DNA from: Steroidobacteraceae bacterium
GTDB lineage: Bacteria; Pseudomonadota; Gammaproteobacteria; Steroidobacterales; Steroidobacteraceae
Assembly: GCA_035261025.1 (NCBI GenBank)
Contig: DATFUG010000137.1
Location: 1-36,161, forward strand
DNA: 36,161 nt
Reading direction: 5' to 3'
Shown here: piece after piece, positions 8,804 to 16,428 of the stretch
How the letters are laid out: every line of letters starts with the position of its first letter
Numbering within the stretch: position 1 is the stretch's first letter
Translations under genes and position numbers: made by a program
The notes under the pieces: model-generated
Database searches by the model: none
Told to the model about the DNA's origin: nothing
What the model saw: the letters and a program-made list of their open reading frames with translations, nothing else

Positions 8804-10306
8804 TCAGACTGCCGCGGCCTTGCAGTGCCGGTCGATGAACTGCTGATGCATCGGCATCGCGTCGACGCAGTTGGCCACGATCATCTTGGCGTGGTCCATG
8901 AAGGTATAGAGATCGGCATCGCTCATCTGGTCAACCATCGGGTGATATCCGGCCGGCATGATGTGCTGTCCGATCATCACCTCCACCCAGCTCACCTGAC
9001 CAAACATTTCCTCCGCATTGCGAAAGAACCGGCCACTGTCCCTGAACAGCCGCACGGTGTCGGTGAGCGTCTCCGGTACGGGCATCGTCCGGCAGTAATT
9101 CCAGAACGGCGAGTCGTCGCGCTCGGTCGCGTGGTAGTGCATGATCAGGAAATCCCGGATCCGCTCGAATTCGAAGGTGCATTGCGCGTTGTAGCGGTCA
9201 ACGAGGACCTGGCTGATCTCACCGCCCGGAAACAGCAGCACCAGCTTGCCGATCGCCGATTGGATCAGGTAGATGCTGGTCGACTCCAGCGGCTCCATGA
9301 AGCCGCCGGCGAGGCCGACCGCCACGACGTTCCTGTTCCAGATCTTCCGGCGCTTGCCGGTCGTGAAGCGCAGCGGCCGGGGCTCAGCGAGGGCGCGCCC
9401 GTCGAGATTCCTGAGCAGGATGGCCGCGGCCTCGTCCTCGCTCATGAACTTGCTGCAGTACACGTGGCCGTTGCCGGTGCGATGCTGCAGCGGGATGCGC
9501 CATTGCCACCCGGCCGTGCGCGCGGTCGAGCGCGTATAGGGCGTCGGCGGACCGACCTTCTCGCAGGGCACCGCCAGCGCCCGGTCGCAGGGCAGCCAGT
9601 GGGTCCAGTCCTCGTAACCGGTATGCAATGCCTCCTCGATCAGCAGGCCGCGAAAACCGGAGCAATCGATGAACAGATCGCCACTGACGGCCTCGCCGCT
9701 CTCGAGCACCACGGCTTCGACGTAGCCATCGGTGGCGCGCAACCGGGTCTCGCGGATCTTGCCCTCGGTGCGCACCACGCCGCGCGCCTCGGCGTAGCGG
9801 CGCAGGTAGCGCGCGTACAGCCCGGCGTCGAAGTGGTAGGCATAGGCGACGTCGGCCAACGGCGAATTCTTCGGTGCGTCGCTGGCCGAGACCATGAATT
9901 TCTCGCGCGGCGCTGCCACCGTGTTGAGCGAGTAGTCGCCGAGTTCGGCCGCCCGGCCCGCCAGGCGGGCGCGCAGCCAGTAATGGTGGAACGGTATCGA
10001 GCCCAGGTCGTGTCCCAGGGTGCCAAAGCCGTGGATGTAGGTATCCCCGATGCGCCCCCAATCCCTGAACTGGATACCCAGCTTGAAGGTGCCCTGGGTC
10101 TGCCGGATGAATTCGGCCTCGTCGATCTCCAGCATCTTGTTGAAGTGGGACAGGTGCGGCACGGTCGCTTCGCCGACACCGACGATACCGATCTCCTCGG
10201 ATTCGACCAGGCGCAGCGCGTAGGTCTTGCCGAAAGTCTTGGCGAGCGCACAGGCGGCCATCCAGCCGGCGGTACCGCCCCCTACGATGACGATGTTCTT
10301 GATCAA
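8804..10306 (-). CDS. Flavin-dependent (tryptophan-type) halogenase family protein
   Basis: Track ORF 8804..10333. Motifs are IVIVGGGTAGW (GxGxxG), VGVGEATVPHL, GTFKLGIQF (conserved Lys), GWQWRIPL (WxWxIP) and GFMEPLESTSI (conserved Glu). The track start is a TTG at 10331-10333 inside the U-tract of the upstream terminator. I prefer the next in-frame TTG at 10304-10306, but the start is uncertain by 27 nt. Confidence 0.8.
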   Translation of the reverse strand: MIKNIVIVGGGTAGWMAACALAKTFGKTYALRLVESEEIGIVGVGEATVPHLSHFNKMLEIDEAEFIRQTQGTFKLGIQFRDWGRIGDTYIHGFGTLGHDLGSIPFHHYWLRARLAGRAAELGDYSLNTVAAPREKFMVSASDAPKNSPLADVAYAYHFDAGLYARYLRRYAEARGVVRTEGKIRETRLRATDGYVEAVVLESGEAVSGDLFIDCSGFRGLLIEEALHTGYEDWTHWLPCDRALAVPCEKVGPPTPYTRSTARTAGWQWRIPLQHRTGNGHVYCSKFMSEDEAAAILLRNLDGRALAEPRPLRFTTGKRRKIWNRNVVAVGLAGGFMEPLESTSIYLIQSAIGKLVLLFPGGEISQVLVDRYNAQCTFEFERIRDFLIMHYHATERDDSPFWNYCRTMPVPETLTDTVRLFRDSGRFFRNAEEMFGQVSWVEVMIGQHIMPAGYHPMVDQMSDADLYTFMDHAKMIVANCVDAMPMHQQFIDRHCKAAAV

Positions 10307-10323
10307 CCTGTTGGACCTGCACG

Positions 10324-10353
10324 AAAAAAACAAAGCCCGCAGGGCGGGCTTTG
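10324..10353 (-). terminator. Rho-independent terminator downstream of the TonB-dependent receptor gene
   Basis: Arms 10331-10340 (caaagcccgc) and 10344-10353 (gcgggctttg) form a 10-bp GC-rich stem with a 3-nt loop. On the minus strand the stem is followed by seven U (10324-10330). It sits about 50 nt after the TBDR stop. Confidence 0.8.
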
Positions 10354-10404
10354 TCGTATCGCCATTGCTGACGCCAAGTGTACTCCCCGGTGCTTAAACC
10401 CGGA

Positions 10405-13400
10405 TCACCACTTGAAGCCCACCGTCATCTTCAGCGTCCTCGTCACGCCAATGATCGGCCCGCTGGTGTTGTACGCCGGTTGATTTGGATAATTGTACGA
10501 GGCCGCCGTTGAGTCAAAGTTCTGCGCGTTGAGGAGGTTGAGCACATCCAGGCGCACGTAACCACTCATGTTCTGGGGCAGATCGAAGCTTTTCGTCACC
10601 TGCATGTCCACGCTCTGGTAACCAAACAGGACATTGCCGACGGCGTCCGCGACCGGATAGGCGTTGGTCCCGAAGGCATTGCAGGAGGTCCCATTGGCGA
10701 AGCCCAGCTGGCTACACCCGGCAATCGTGGTCACGGGAATCGGCGTCGCCAGCGTCAGCTTGCCGGCAAACAACAGGCCCCATGGACCATCGACGCTGCC
10801 CGTGGCGACCATCCTGTGCCTGGCCACCGCACTCGAGAGCGTGAAGGGGTAGTCCGCGATGTGCGGCAGGTCGAAGCCATAGCCGTCCGTAAACAGGCGG
10901 TTCTGCTTCGCGTCGGTGAAGGTATAAGCAAACGTTGCACCCCAATGCGATTCACGCGTATAGGGCTTCTCCGCAGAGACCAGGAGTTCGGTCGTGCGCG
11001 TCTCCTGACCGTTCTCCCACAGCACGAGGTTGCTCTGCAGGCCCGGCAGGCCGGCGGAGCACCACTGCGCGGGTGAGCCGCCCCAGTCCAGGCCGCAGCC
11101 GCGCGTGGCAAAGCTGCCGTCGGCGTAGCGGTTGCCCAATACGCCCAGCAACCCTTCGTAGCTGTTGATGCGCGTCAGCGTGACGCTGGTGTTCCAGTCG
11201 CCGACCTTGTTGCGTATGCCAAGGCTGAACTGGTCTGAATAGGGCACCTTCAGATTGTTCGGGAACATGTTCGCTTCGCCGCCGGGAGCGCCCAGTCCCT
11301 GCAGATTGGCCGCGTTCAGGTACATGGGATTCCAGTCCAGGCAGGTTGTCCCGTTCGCGTCGCCAGGCGGCAGCGCGGCCGGCCCGCCAGGCACGATGCA
11401 GTTGTTGTAACTGTATTTGCCACCCGTGAAGTTGATCGTCGGCTCCGACAGGGCGTTCTTCGAATTCTCGAGCTGCAGCTTGTCGAACAGATTGCGGTCA
11501 TAGGCGCGGCCCACACCGCCGAACACCACGTGCTTCTCATCGGCGTTGATGTCGTACGAGAATCCCAGGCGCGGCGCGACCTCGCCGGCGGGCGTCTTGC
11601 GATTGCTCCCGGTGCTGATGTAATCGTTGATGTTGATGCCGCCAAGCGCCAGCGCGTCAGCATAGGTCTCGCCCGGCGTCGGCCGGGGCAACTGCAGGGC
11701 TGGATTCGCGTTGACGCCCGGATCCGGATACGGCTGCTGGAGCGCCGTGAGGATCCGATCGAGCGTCTTGTAGTTCTCGAACGACGGCGTGACTTCGTAG
11801 TCATAGCGGATACCGAGGTTCAGCGTCAGGTGCTGGTTGACCGCCCAGTCGTCCTGGAAGTAAATGCCAATCTGCTTGTTGTCCGACTTCGAGGTCAGCG
11901 GCAGGCCGAAGCTGGCCTTGCCAAACACCACCTGGAACGGGGTCGCCTGTGTGCCGCTCGCATCGACCGCGTACCAGTACTTGGCTGCTTCGGACCCGTC
12001 GCGCGCGACGAGCTGCACGCCCTTGTACTTGACGCCCATCTTCAGCGTGTGCTCGCCCATCCAGTGCAGGTTGCTGAACGTCAGGTCGTCCTGGATGCCC
12101 CAGCCGTCCTGGTGCTTGTCGGTGTACTGGCGCGGATCCGCACCGTTGATGGTGATGATGTCCTGGCGGAACTGACCGGCGTTGCCAAAGTAGGTGTAGG
12201 TGATCCCGGGATTGCCGTTGAGCGGCGTCGGGAGGTCGACGGTTTTTTCGTAGAGGGCCATCATTTCATTGACCCAGCGATCGCTGCTGTGCTGCCAGCG
12301 CAGATTCACGCGGGTGTCTTCGTTCTTGAAGTTGAAGCCCGCCGACACCGCCACGTTGCCGGACCCGCCCTGGACTTCGGTCTCACGGCGCAGCTTGGTG
12401 CTCAGCTCGATGCGGTCGCTATCGCTCGGTTCCCAGTCGACCTTGGCGAAATAGAGATTTTCCTTGAACGGGGTCGCGCTCGGACCAAACTGCTCAAACA
12501 CACCCGCGGGCAACAGGGTGGCCAGCGGTATGCCGGCGAGGCTCCCATCGGGATTGACGGTGGTCGGCAGCGTGAAGTCCTTGTGCTCCCAGGTGACGAA
12601 ATAATGCATCGCATCCATGATGATCGGGCCGCCGACGGCCAGACCGTACTCGGTATTCGCGGACTTGACCTTGGCACCCCCGGCGGCGTCTTCGGACGGC
12701 GTGGCGGCACGCAGCGACTCGTTGGTGTAGTCGCCGAACAGCTCGCCGTGGAGGGTATTCGTGCCCGACTTCGTCTGCGCCGTGATCGCGGCGCTGGAGA
12801 TCTGGTCGTATTCCGCCTTGTAGTTCGAGGTGATGACCTTGTACTCACCGATGGCGAGCTGGGGGAAGGGGTTGCCAGGATCGCCATTCCCGTTCGGACC
12901 GGCCTGGCCGGAGATGCCACCCGTCTTGACGTAGTTCTTCTGGCCCACGCCGTCGATGAACACGTTGATGGCGCTGTTGGCCTGCGCACCGCTCTGGATC
13001 GAGGTGTTGCCCCGCGTGTCGACGCTGAACACCATGCCCGGCACGGTATCGGCGAACTCCAGGAAGTTGCGCGTGATCTGCGGGGTGGTCTCGATTTGAT
13101 GCAGCGACACGGTCGAGCCAATTTCAGAGGTCTTGACCTCAACCAGGCGTGTCGCCCGGACGATGATCTCCTCCAGCGTACCGGTCGCTTCCACCCCGCC
13201 CGCGCCCAGATCGAGGGTCGCCGTGGATGCGACGCTCAGCGTCACGGTCTGTTCAGTGCCTGGACCGGCATCGACGCGGTAGGTGCCCGAGGGCAGGCCG
13301 GCCAGGGCGTAGGTGCCATCGGCACCCGCCGTGGTGCGGCGCGTGGCGCCCGTGGCGATATTCTTCGCCGTGATCTGGCTGTTGGCGGCGGCCGTTCCGC

Positions 13401-13521
13401 GCAGGGTGGCATCGGCCGTCTGTGACCAGACGATCGACGGGACGAAGGCGGTCGACGCCAGCGCCGTCGCAAACACCGATCCGTACACTTTCTTCTTGCT
13501 GTTGCGATACCGCTTCTTCAT
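10405..13521 (-). CDS. TonB-dependent receptor with N-terminal carboxypeptidase-regulatory-like domain (Oar-like TBDT)
   Basis: Track ORF of 1038 aa with a signal peptide. DGTYALAGLPSGTYRV matches a CarboxypepD_reg-like fold, LEEIIVRATR is TonB-box/plug-like, and a long beta-barrel follows, ending in an aromatic residue (GFKW). A strong SD (GGAAGGA) lies 4 nt before the ATG. Confidence 0.9.
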   Translation of the reverse strand: MKKRYRNSKKKVYGSVFATALASTAFVPSIVWSQTADATLRGTAAANSQITAKNIATGATRRTTAGADGTYALAGLPSGTYRVDAGPGTEQTVTLSVASTATLDLGAGGVEATGTLEEIIVRATRLVEVKTSEIGSTVSLHQIETTPQITRNFLEFADTVPGMVFSVDTRGNTSIQSGAQANSAINVFIDGVGQKNYVKTGGISGQAGPNGNGDPGNPFPQLAIGEYKVITSNYKAEYDQISSAAITAQTKSGTNTLHGELFGDYTNESLRAATPSEDAAGGAKVKSANTEYGLAVGGPIIMDAMHYFVTWEHKDFTLPTTVNPDGSLAGIPLATLLPAGVFEQFGPSATPFKENLYFAKVDWEPSDSDRIELSTKLRRETEVQGGSGNVAVSAGFNFKNEDTRVNLRWQHSSDRWVNEMMALYEKTVDLPTPLNGNPGITYTYFGNAGQFRQDIITINGADPRQYTDKHQDGWGIQDDLTFSNLHWMGEHTLKMGVKYKGVQLVARDGSEAAKYWYAVDASGTQATPFQVVFGKASFGLPLTSKSDNKQIGIYFQDDWAVNQHLTLNLGIRYDYEVTPSFENYKTLDRILTALQQPYPDPGVNANPALQLPRPTPGETYADALALGGININDYISTGSNRKTPAGEVAPRLGFSYDINADEKHVVFGGVGRAYDRNLFDKLQLENSKNALSEPTINFTGGKYSYNNCIVPGGPAALPPGDANGTTCLDWNPMYLNAANLQGLGAPGGEANMFPNNLKVPYSDQFSLGIRNKVGDWNTSVTLTRINSYEGLLGVLGNRYADGSFATRGCGLDWGGSPAQWCSAGLPGLQSNLVLWENGQETRTTELLVSAEKPYTRESHWGATFAYTFTDAKQNRLFTDGYGFDLPHIADYPFTLSSAVARHRMVATGSVDGPWGLLFAGKLTLATPIPVTTIAGCSQLGFANGTSCNAFGTNAYPVADAVGNVLFGYQSVDMQVTKSFDLPQNMSGYVRLDVLNLLNAQNFDSTAASYNYPNQPAYNTSGPIIGVTRTLKMTVGFKW

Positions 13522-13563
13522 AAATTCCTTCCCCTGGTGGCCGGCTTCTTGAAATGAATAATT

Positions 13564-14583
13564 CTAGGCGCGTGTGAGTGCAGTCTTCGTCGCGGCGCCG
13601 CAGGAAGCGCGTACGACAAGTTGGGTTCCGAGCGTGTGCGTTGCGCGGCTGACGCTGCCGGGCGCGTCGATCGCGCGCGCCAGTTCATCCAGCGACTGGC
13701 GACCGAGTTCCGTGGTCTGGGCCCGCACGGTCGTCAGTGGCGGCGTGACGAATCGCGCGATCGGTATGTCGTCGAATCCGCCGAGCGCGATGTCCTCCGG
13801 AACACGAATACCGGCCTCCGTGAGCGCGAACAGGCAGCCGATGGCCATCACGTCGTTGGCGGCGAAGACGGCGTCCGGGCGCGGCGCAGCCTGCGCCAGC
13901 TGCCGCCCTGCGAGATAGCCGGATTCCTCGGTAAACGCACCCGGCAGCACCAGGGCCTTGGCGGCCCGGACCGGCCCCAGCGCCGCGCGAAAGCCGCGCA
14001 GCCGCTCCGCCGATTCATAGTTGCCTTCCGGTCCGGTGATGTGTGCGATGTTCATGTGACCCAGACCACGCAGGTGCTCGACCATCGCCTTGGCGCCGCC
14101 GAAATCGTCGATCATGAAGGCGGGTGCACGGGCTGCATTGTCCGGGGTGTTGAGCAGCACCGTCGGGAGAGTCGCGGGCAGAGCATTGCCCAGCAGCTGT
14201 GCGTCGACGTAAGGCGACATGATCAGCACGCCGTCGACCCGGCCGTTCATGGCGCGCAACGCCAAAGAGGCCTCTTCGGCATCGCCATGGGAGCTCGATA
14301 CCAGCAGGTGCAGTCCCCTGAGGCGGGCGGCCCGATCGATGCCCCGGATCAGCTCTGAAAAGTACTCGCCGTAGATGTCGGGCAGGAGCACGCCGATGGT
14401 ATTGGTGCGTCTTGTGATCAAACTGCGCGCCACACCATGTGGCGTATAACGCAGTTGCCGTGCGGCGCGTTCCACGCGCAGGCGTGTCTTTTCGGTGACA
14501 ACGCCCGTGCCATGCAGGGCCCGGGACACGGAGGCGATGGAGACCCTGGCACGCAATGCCACGTCCTTGATGGTCACCGCCAT
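13564..14583 (-). CDS. LacI-family transcriptional repressor
   Basis: Track ORF 13564..14595 begins at a GTG. I prefer ATG 14581-14583, which is preceded by GGGAGG. The HTH is MAVTIKDVALRARVSIASVSRALHG, followed by a periplasmic-binding-protein-like sugar-binding core. Confidence 0.9.
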   Translation of the reverse strand: MAVTIKDVALRARVSIASVSRALHGTGVVTEKTRLRVERAARQLRYTPHGVARSLITRRTNTIGVLLPDIYGEYFSELIRGIDRAARLRGLHLLVSSSHGDAEEASLALRAMNGRVDGVLIMSPYVDAQLLGNALPATLPTVLLNTPDNAARAPAFMIDDFGGAKAMVEHLRGLGHMNIAHITGPEGNYESAERLRGFRAALGPVRAAKALVLPGAFTEESGYLAGRQLAQAAPRPDAVFAANDVMAIGCLFALTEAGIRVPEDIALGGFDDIPIARFVTPPLTTVRAQTTELGRQSLDELARAIDAPGSVSRATHTLGTQLVVRASCGAATKTALTRA

Positions 14584-14610
14584 CCCCCCTCCCACGGTAC
14601 CCCTACTCCA

Positions 14611-14632
14611 ATTATTAGAAAATTATTAGAAA
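14611..14632. repeat. Tandem 11-bp AT-rich direct repeat (attattagaaa x2) in the lacI leader
   Basis: Read directly: attattagaaa at 14611-14621 and again at 14622-14632. The second copy overlaps the first operator. The AT-richness is striking in this GC-rich background. Confidence 0.8.
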
Positions 14633-14640
14633 ACGTTTTC
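14629..14640. promoter_or_regulatory. LacI-type operator O1, perfect 12-bp palindrome GAAAACGTTTTC
   Basis: Read directly; the sequence is its own reverse complement. It lies in the leader, 46 nt upstream of the lacI ATG. Confidence 0.7.
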
Positions 14641-14650
14641 CGGTGTGCTG

Positions 14651-14662
14651 GTAAACGTTTTC
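14651..14662. promoter_or_regulatory. LacI-type operator O2, GTAAACGTTTTC
   Basis: 11 of 12 match to O1 and identical to the 746-757 site. Centre-to-centre distance to O1 is 22 bp. It sits immediately downstream of the predicted -10 element. Confidence 0.65.
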
Positions 14663-14665
14663 TGG

Positions 14666-14695
14666 ATTCTAGATACAAGCACGCAAAGCTGTCAA
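14666..14695 (-). promoter_or_regulatory. Sigma70-type promoter for the lacI-TBDR transcription unit
   Basis: On the minus strand, -35 is TTGACA (14690-14695) and -10 is TAGAAT (14666-14671), separated by an 18-nt spacer. The predicted start falls within or next to operator O2. Confidence 0.6.
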
Positions 14696-14838
14696 TGCGG
14701 GCCGGCGTGGCGGTGAGCGGAGCCCTTGAGCAGTCACTGCGCCCACGGTGGTGACCCGGTGTCGCCAGCGGGACCCGAATCTCCGCGTGGGAGGGATCCC
14801 GCCGCCGGCACCCGGGCTTGTTGCTCATCACCAACACT

Positions 14839-14854
14839 CCGCCCGCGCGGGCGG
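14839..14854 (-). terminator. GC-rich hairpin (terminator-like) just after the GH39 gene
   Basis: Perfect 16-nt palindrome ccgcccgcgcgggcgg, 10 nt beyond the GH39 stop (14864). No clear U-tract follows on the minus strand, so its terminator function is uncertain. Confidence 0.4.
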
Positions 14855-14863
14855 TGCCTCGGC

Positions 14864-16405
14864 TCAGTGAATTTCAACCAACACCAGGCCCTGCGAGGGC
14901 ACCTCCAGCTTCAGTGTCCCGCCGTGGAGGGACAAAGACTGCGGCGCCGGGAGCTTTGCAGCCGCACGGAGATCCTTGATCTGCTCACGGCTTGGAAAGG
15001 CCGGCCGCCCCATGGCATCGAAAGCCTTGACGACATTGCCGTGGTCCCGGTCGACACGCCAGCTGGTCGCCCGAGCGGCCTTGGGCAAGCCTTTGAAGCT
15101 GATCGCAAAGCTCCTGGCGGGGCCGGGCGCGCCGGGCGGCGTGTACTTGTCGCCCGTGCCATCCGGTGGTGCGTAGTTCCACAGGGCCAGCACGAGGGTG
15201 CCGTCCTTGCGACGGGTGACCAGCGCCGAATCGCTGGCCGAGGGCAATCGCACCTCACCCAGGTGATGCAGCAGGGCGAAGGCGCTGTAGGCCGGCTTGG
15301 GAATGTCGTCCGCGGCGACGAGGCCGAAACCACCGTAGAACGGGGTCTTCACGACGCCCTGCTCTTCGAACACGTCGGAGAACGACCAGTAGCTCATCGC
15401 CTCGGTCAGGCCGTCGCACTGCGCGATCGTCGTCGCCAGCCACGGGCCCATGTAGACGCTGTCCGTGACGTCCGGCTCGTTCATGAAGCTGGCGTTGTAC
15501 TCGGAGAAGATGAGCGGCAGCGACGGCATCGGCGAAGCCGTGATTTCCTCGTGCACCTTGCGCACGGCGCGGCAGACCATCTGGTCGCGCGGCACCGGCA
15601 CGTCGTTCTGGAAGACATCCTGCGACAGGTCGTTGGCGTAGACGTGCGAGGACACAAAGTCGACCGGCACGTTGTTGTGCTTGCAGTGCTCGATGAAATT
15701 TCCCGCCCAGGCCGCCTGGGCCGTTGACGGACCACCGACTCGCAGGCGCGCGTTCACCTGCTTGAGCGCCCGGGCGCTGTGGTCGTACAGCTCGTAGTAC
15801 GTGGACTGGTAGGGCTTGCCGCCCCAGAAGCCGATGTTGGGCTCGTTCCAGACCTCGAAGTACCACTGCGCGACTTCATCGATCCCGTAACGCTCAATGA
15901 AATGCCGCGCCAGAGCGTCGATCATCGCGTCCCACTTCGCGTAATCCTTCGGCGGGGAGTTGTTGGGCTTGTACCAGAATCCGAAGATTCCCAGCGGATC
16001 GCTGGCGAGCTTCTGGGGCATGAAACTGAGCTCGACGAAGGGACGGACGCCCTCGGCCAGCAGGCCATCGTAAATCTGGTCGACATAGGAAAAGTTATAG
16101 ACCGCCTTGCCGCTGGCGTCCTCGTCATACAGGCCGACCTCGTCATGGAAAATGGCATGGAAGCGCACGTAGCGGAAGTCGGTCACGGCTTTGACCAGGC
16201 GCACATCCTTGCGGTAGTTGTCCCGCAGCGCGAGCACGGCGCGCCCGGAACCGAACATCTGCTCCCAGAAATGCGGGAATGGGGTTCCCGCCGCCTGGGC
16301 ATCCACGCTAAGGACGATTGGATCGGCCGGGGGCGCGGCGCCCGCCGGCAGGGCGAAAATGGACAGGGCCATGACGGCGAGCAGGTGCAGGGCGGCGGGT
16401 TTCAT
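14864..16405 (-). CDS. GH39 family glycoside hydrolase (beta-xylosidase-like), secreted
   Basis: Track ORF 14864..16432 trimmed to ATG 16403-16405, which is preceded by GGAGG 9 nt upstream. Signal peptide is MKPAALHLLAVMALSIFALPAGA. The acid/base motif is YFEVWNEPNIGFW and the nucleophile region is PLIFSEYNASF. Confidence 0.8.
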   Translation of the reverse strand: MKPAALHLLAVMALSIFALPAGAAPPADPIVLSVDAQAAGTPFPHFWEQMFGSGRAVLALRDNYRKDVRLVKAVTDFRYVRFHAIFHDEVGLYDEDASGKAVYNFSYVDQIYDGLLAEGVRPFVELSFMPQKLASDPLGIFGFWYKPNNSPPKDYAKWDAMIDALARHFIERYGIDEVAQWYFEVWNEPNIGFWGGKPYQSTYYELYDHSARALKQVNARLRVGGPSTAQAAWAGNFIEHCKHNNVPVDFVSSHVYANDLSQDVFQNDVPVPRDQMVCRAVRKVHEEITASPMPSLPLIFSEYNASFMNEPDVTDSVYMGPWLATTIAQCDGLTEAMSYWSFSDVFEEQGVVKTPFYGGFGLVAADDIPKPAYSAFALLHHLGEVRLPSASDSALVTRRKDGTLVLALWNYAPPDGTGDKYTPPGAPGPARSFAISFKGLPKAARATSWRVDRDHGNVVKAFDAMGRPAFPSREQIKDLRAAAKLPAPQSLSLHGGTLKLEVPSQGLVLVEIH

Positions 16406-16428
16406 GATGGGGTGCCTCCAGAGAGGGT

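Noticed and set aside
8804-10333. Interpreting the halogenase-like gene as a marker of a halogenated natural-product biosynthetic cluster.
   Set aside because: No NRPS/PKS, carrier protein, flavin reductase, tailoring or export genes are nearby. All neighbours are glycan uptake or hydrolysis genes.
8756-10483. Long plus-strand ORF (575 aa). Similar long shadow ORFs occur at 787-1938(-), 2435-3523(+), 6068-7318(+), 11530-13425(+), 17340-18539(-), 25250-26785(-), 27016-28086(-), 28336-29139(+), 29155-30363(+), 30424-31344(+) and 32524-33297(-).
   Set aside because: Each lies antisense to a gene with strong family motifs. Each translates to Arg/Gly/Ala/Pro-rich sequence with no recognisable domain. 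Such ORFs are expected in high-GC DNA, where stop codons are rare off-frame.
10928-10938. gcaaacgttgc, a near-palindrome with the AACGTT core, considered as a fourth LacI operator.
   Set aside because: It lies inside the TBDR coding sequence, and its flanks do not match the GWAAACGTTTTC sites. It is most likely a chance occurrence.
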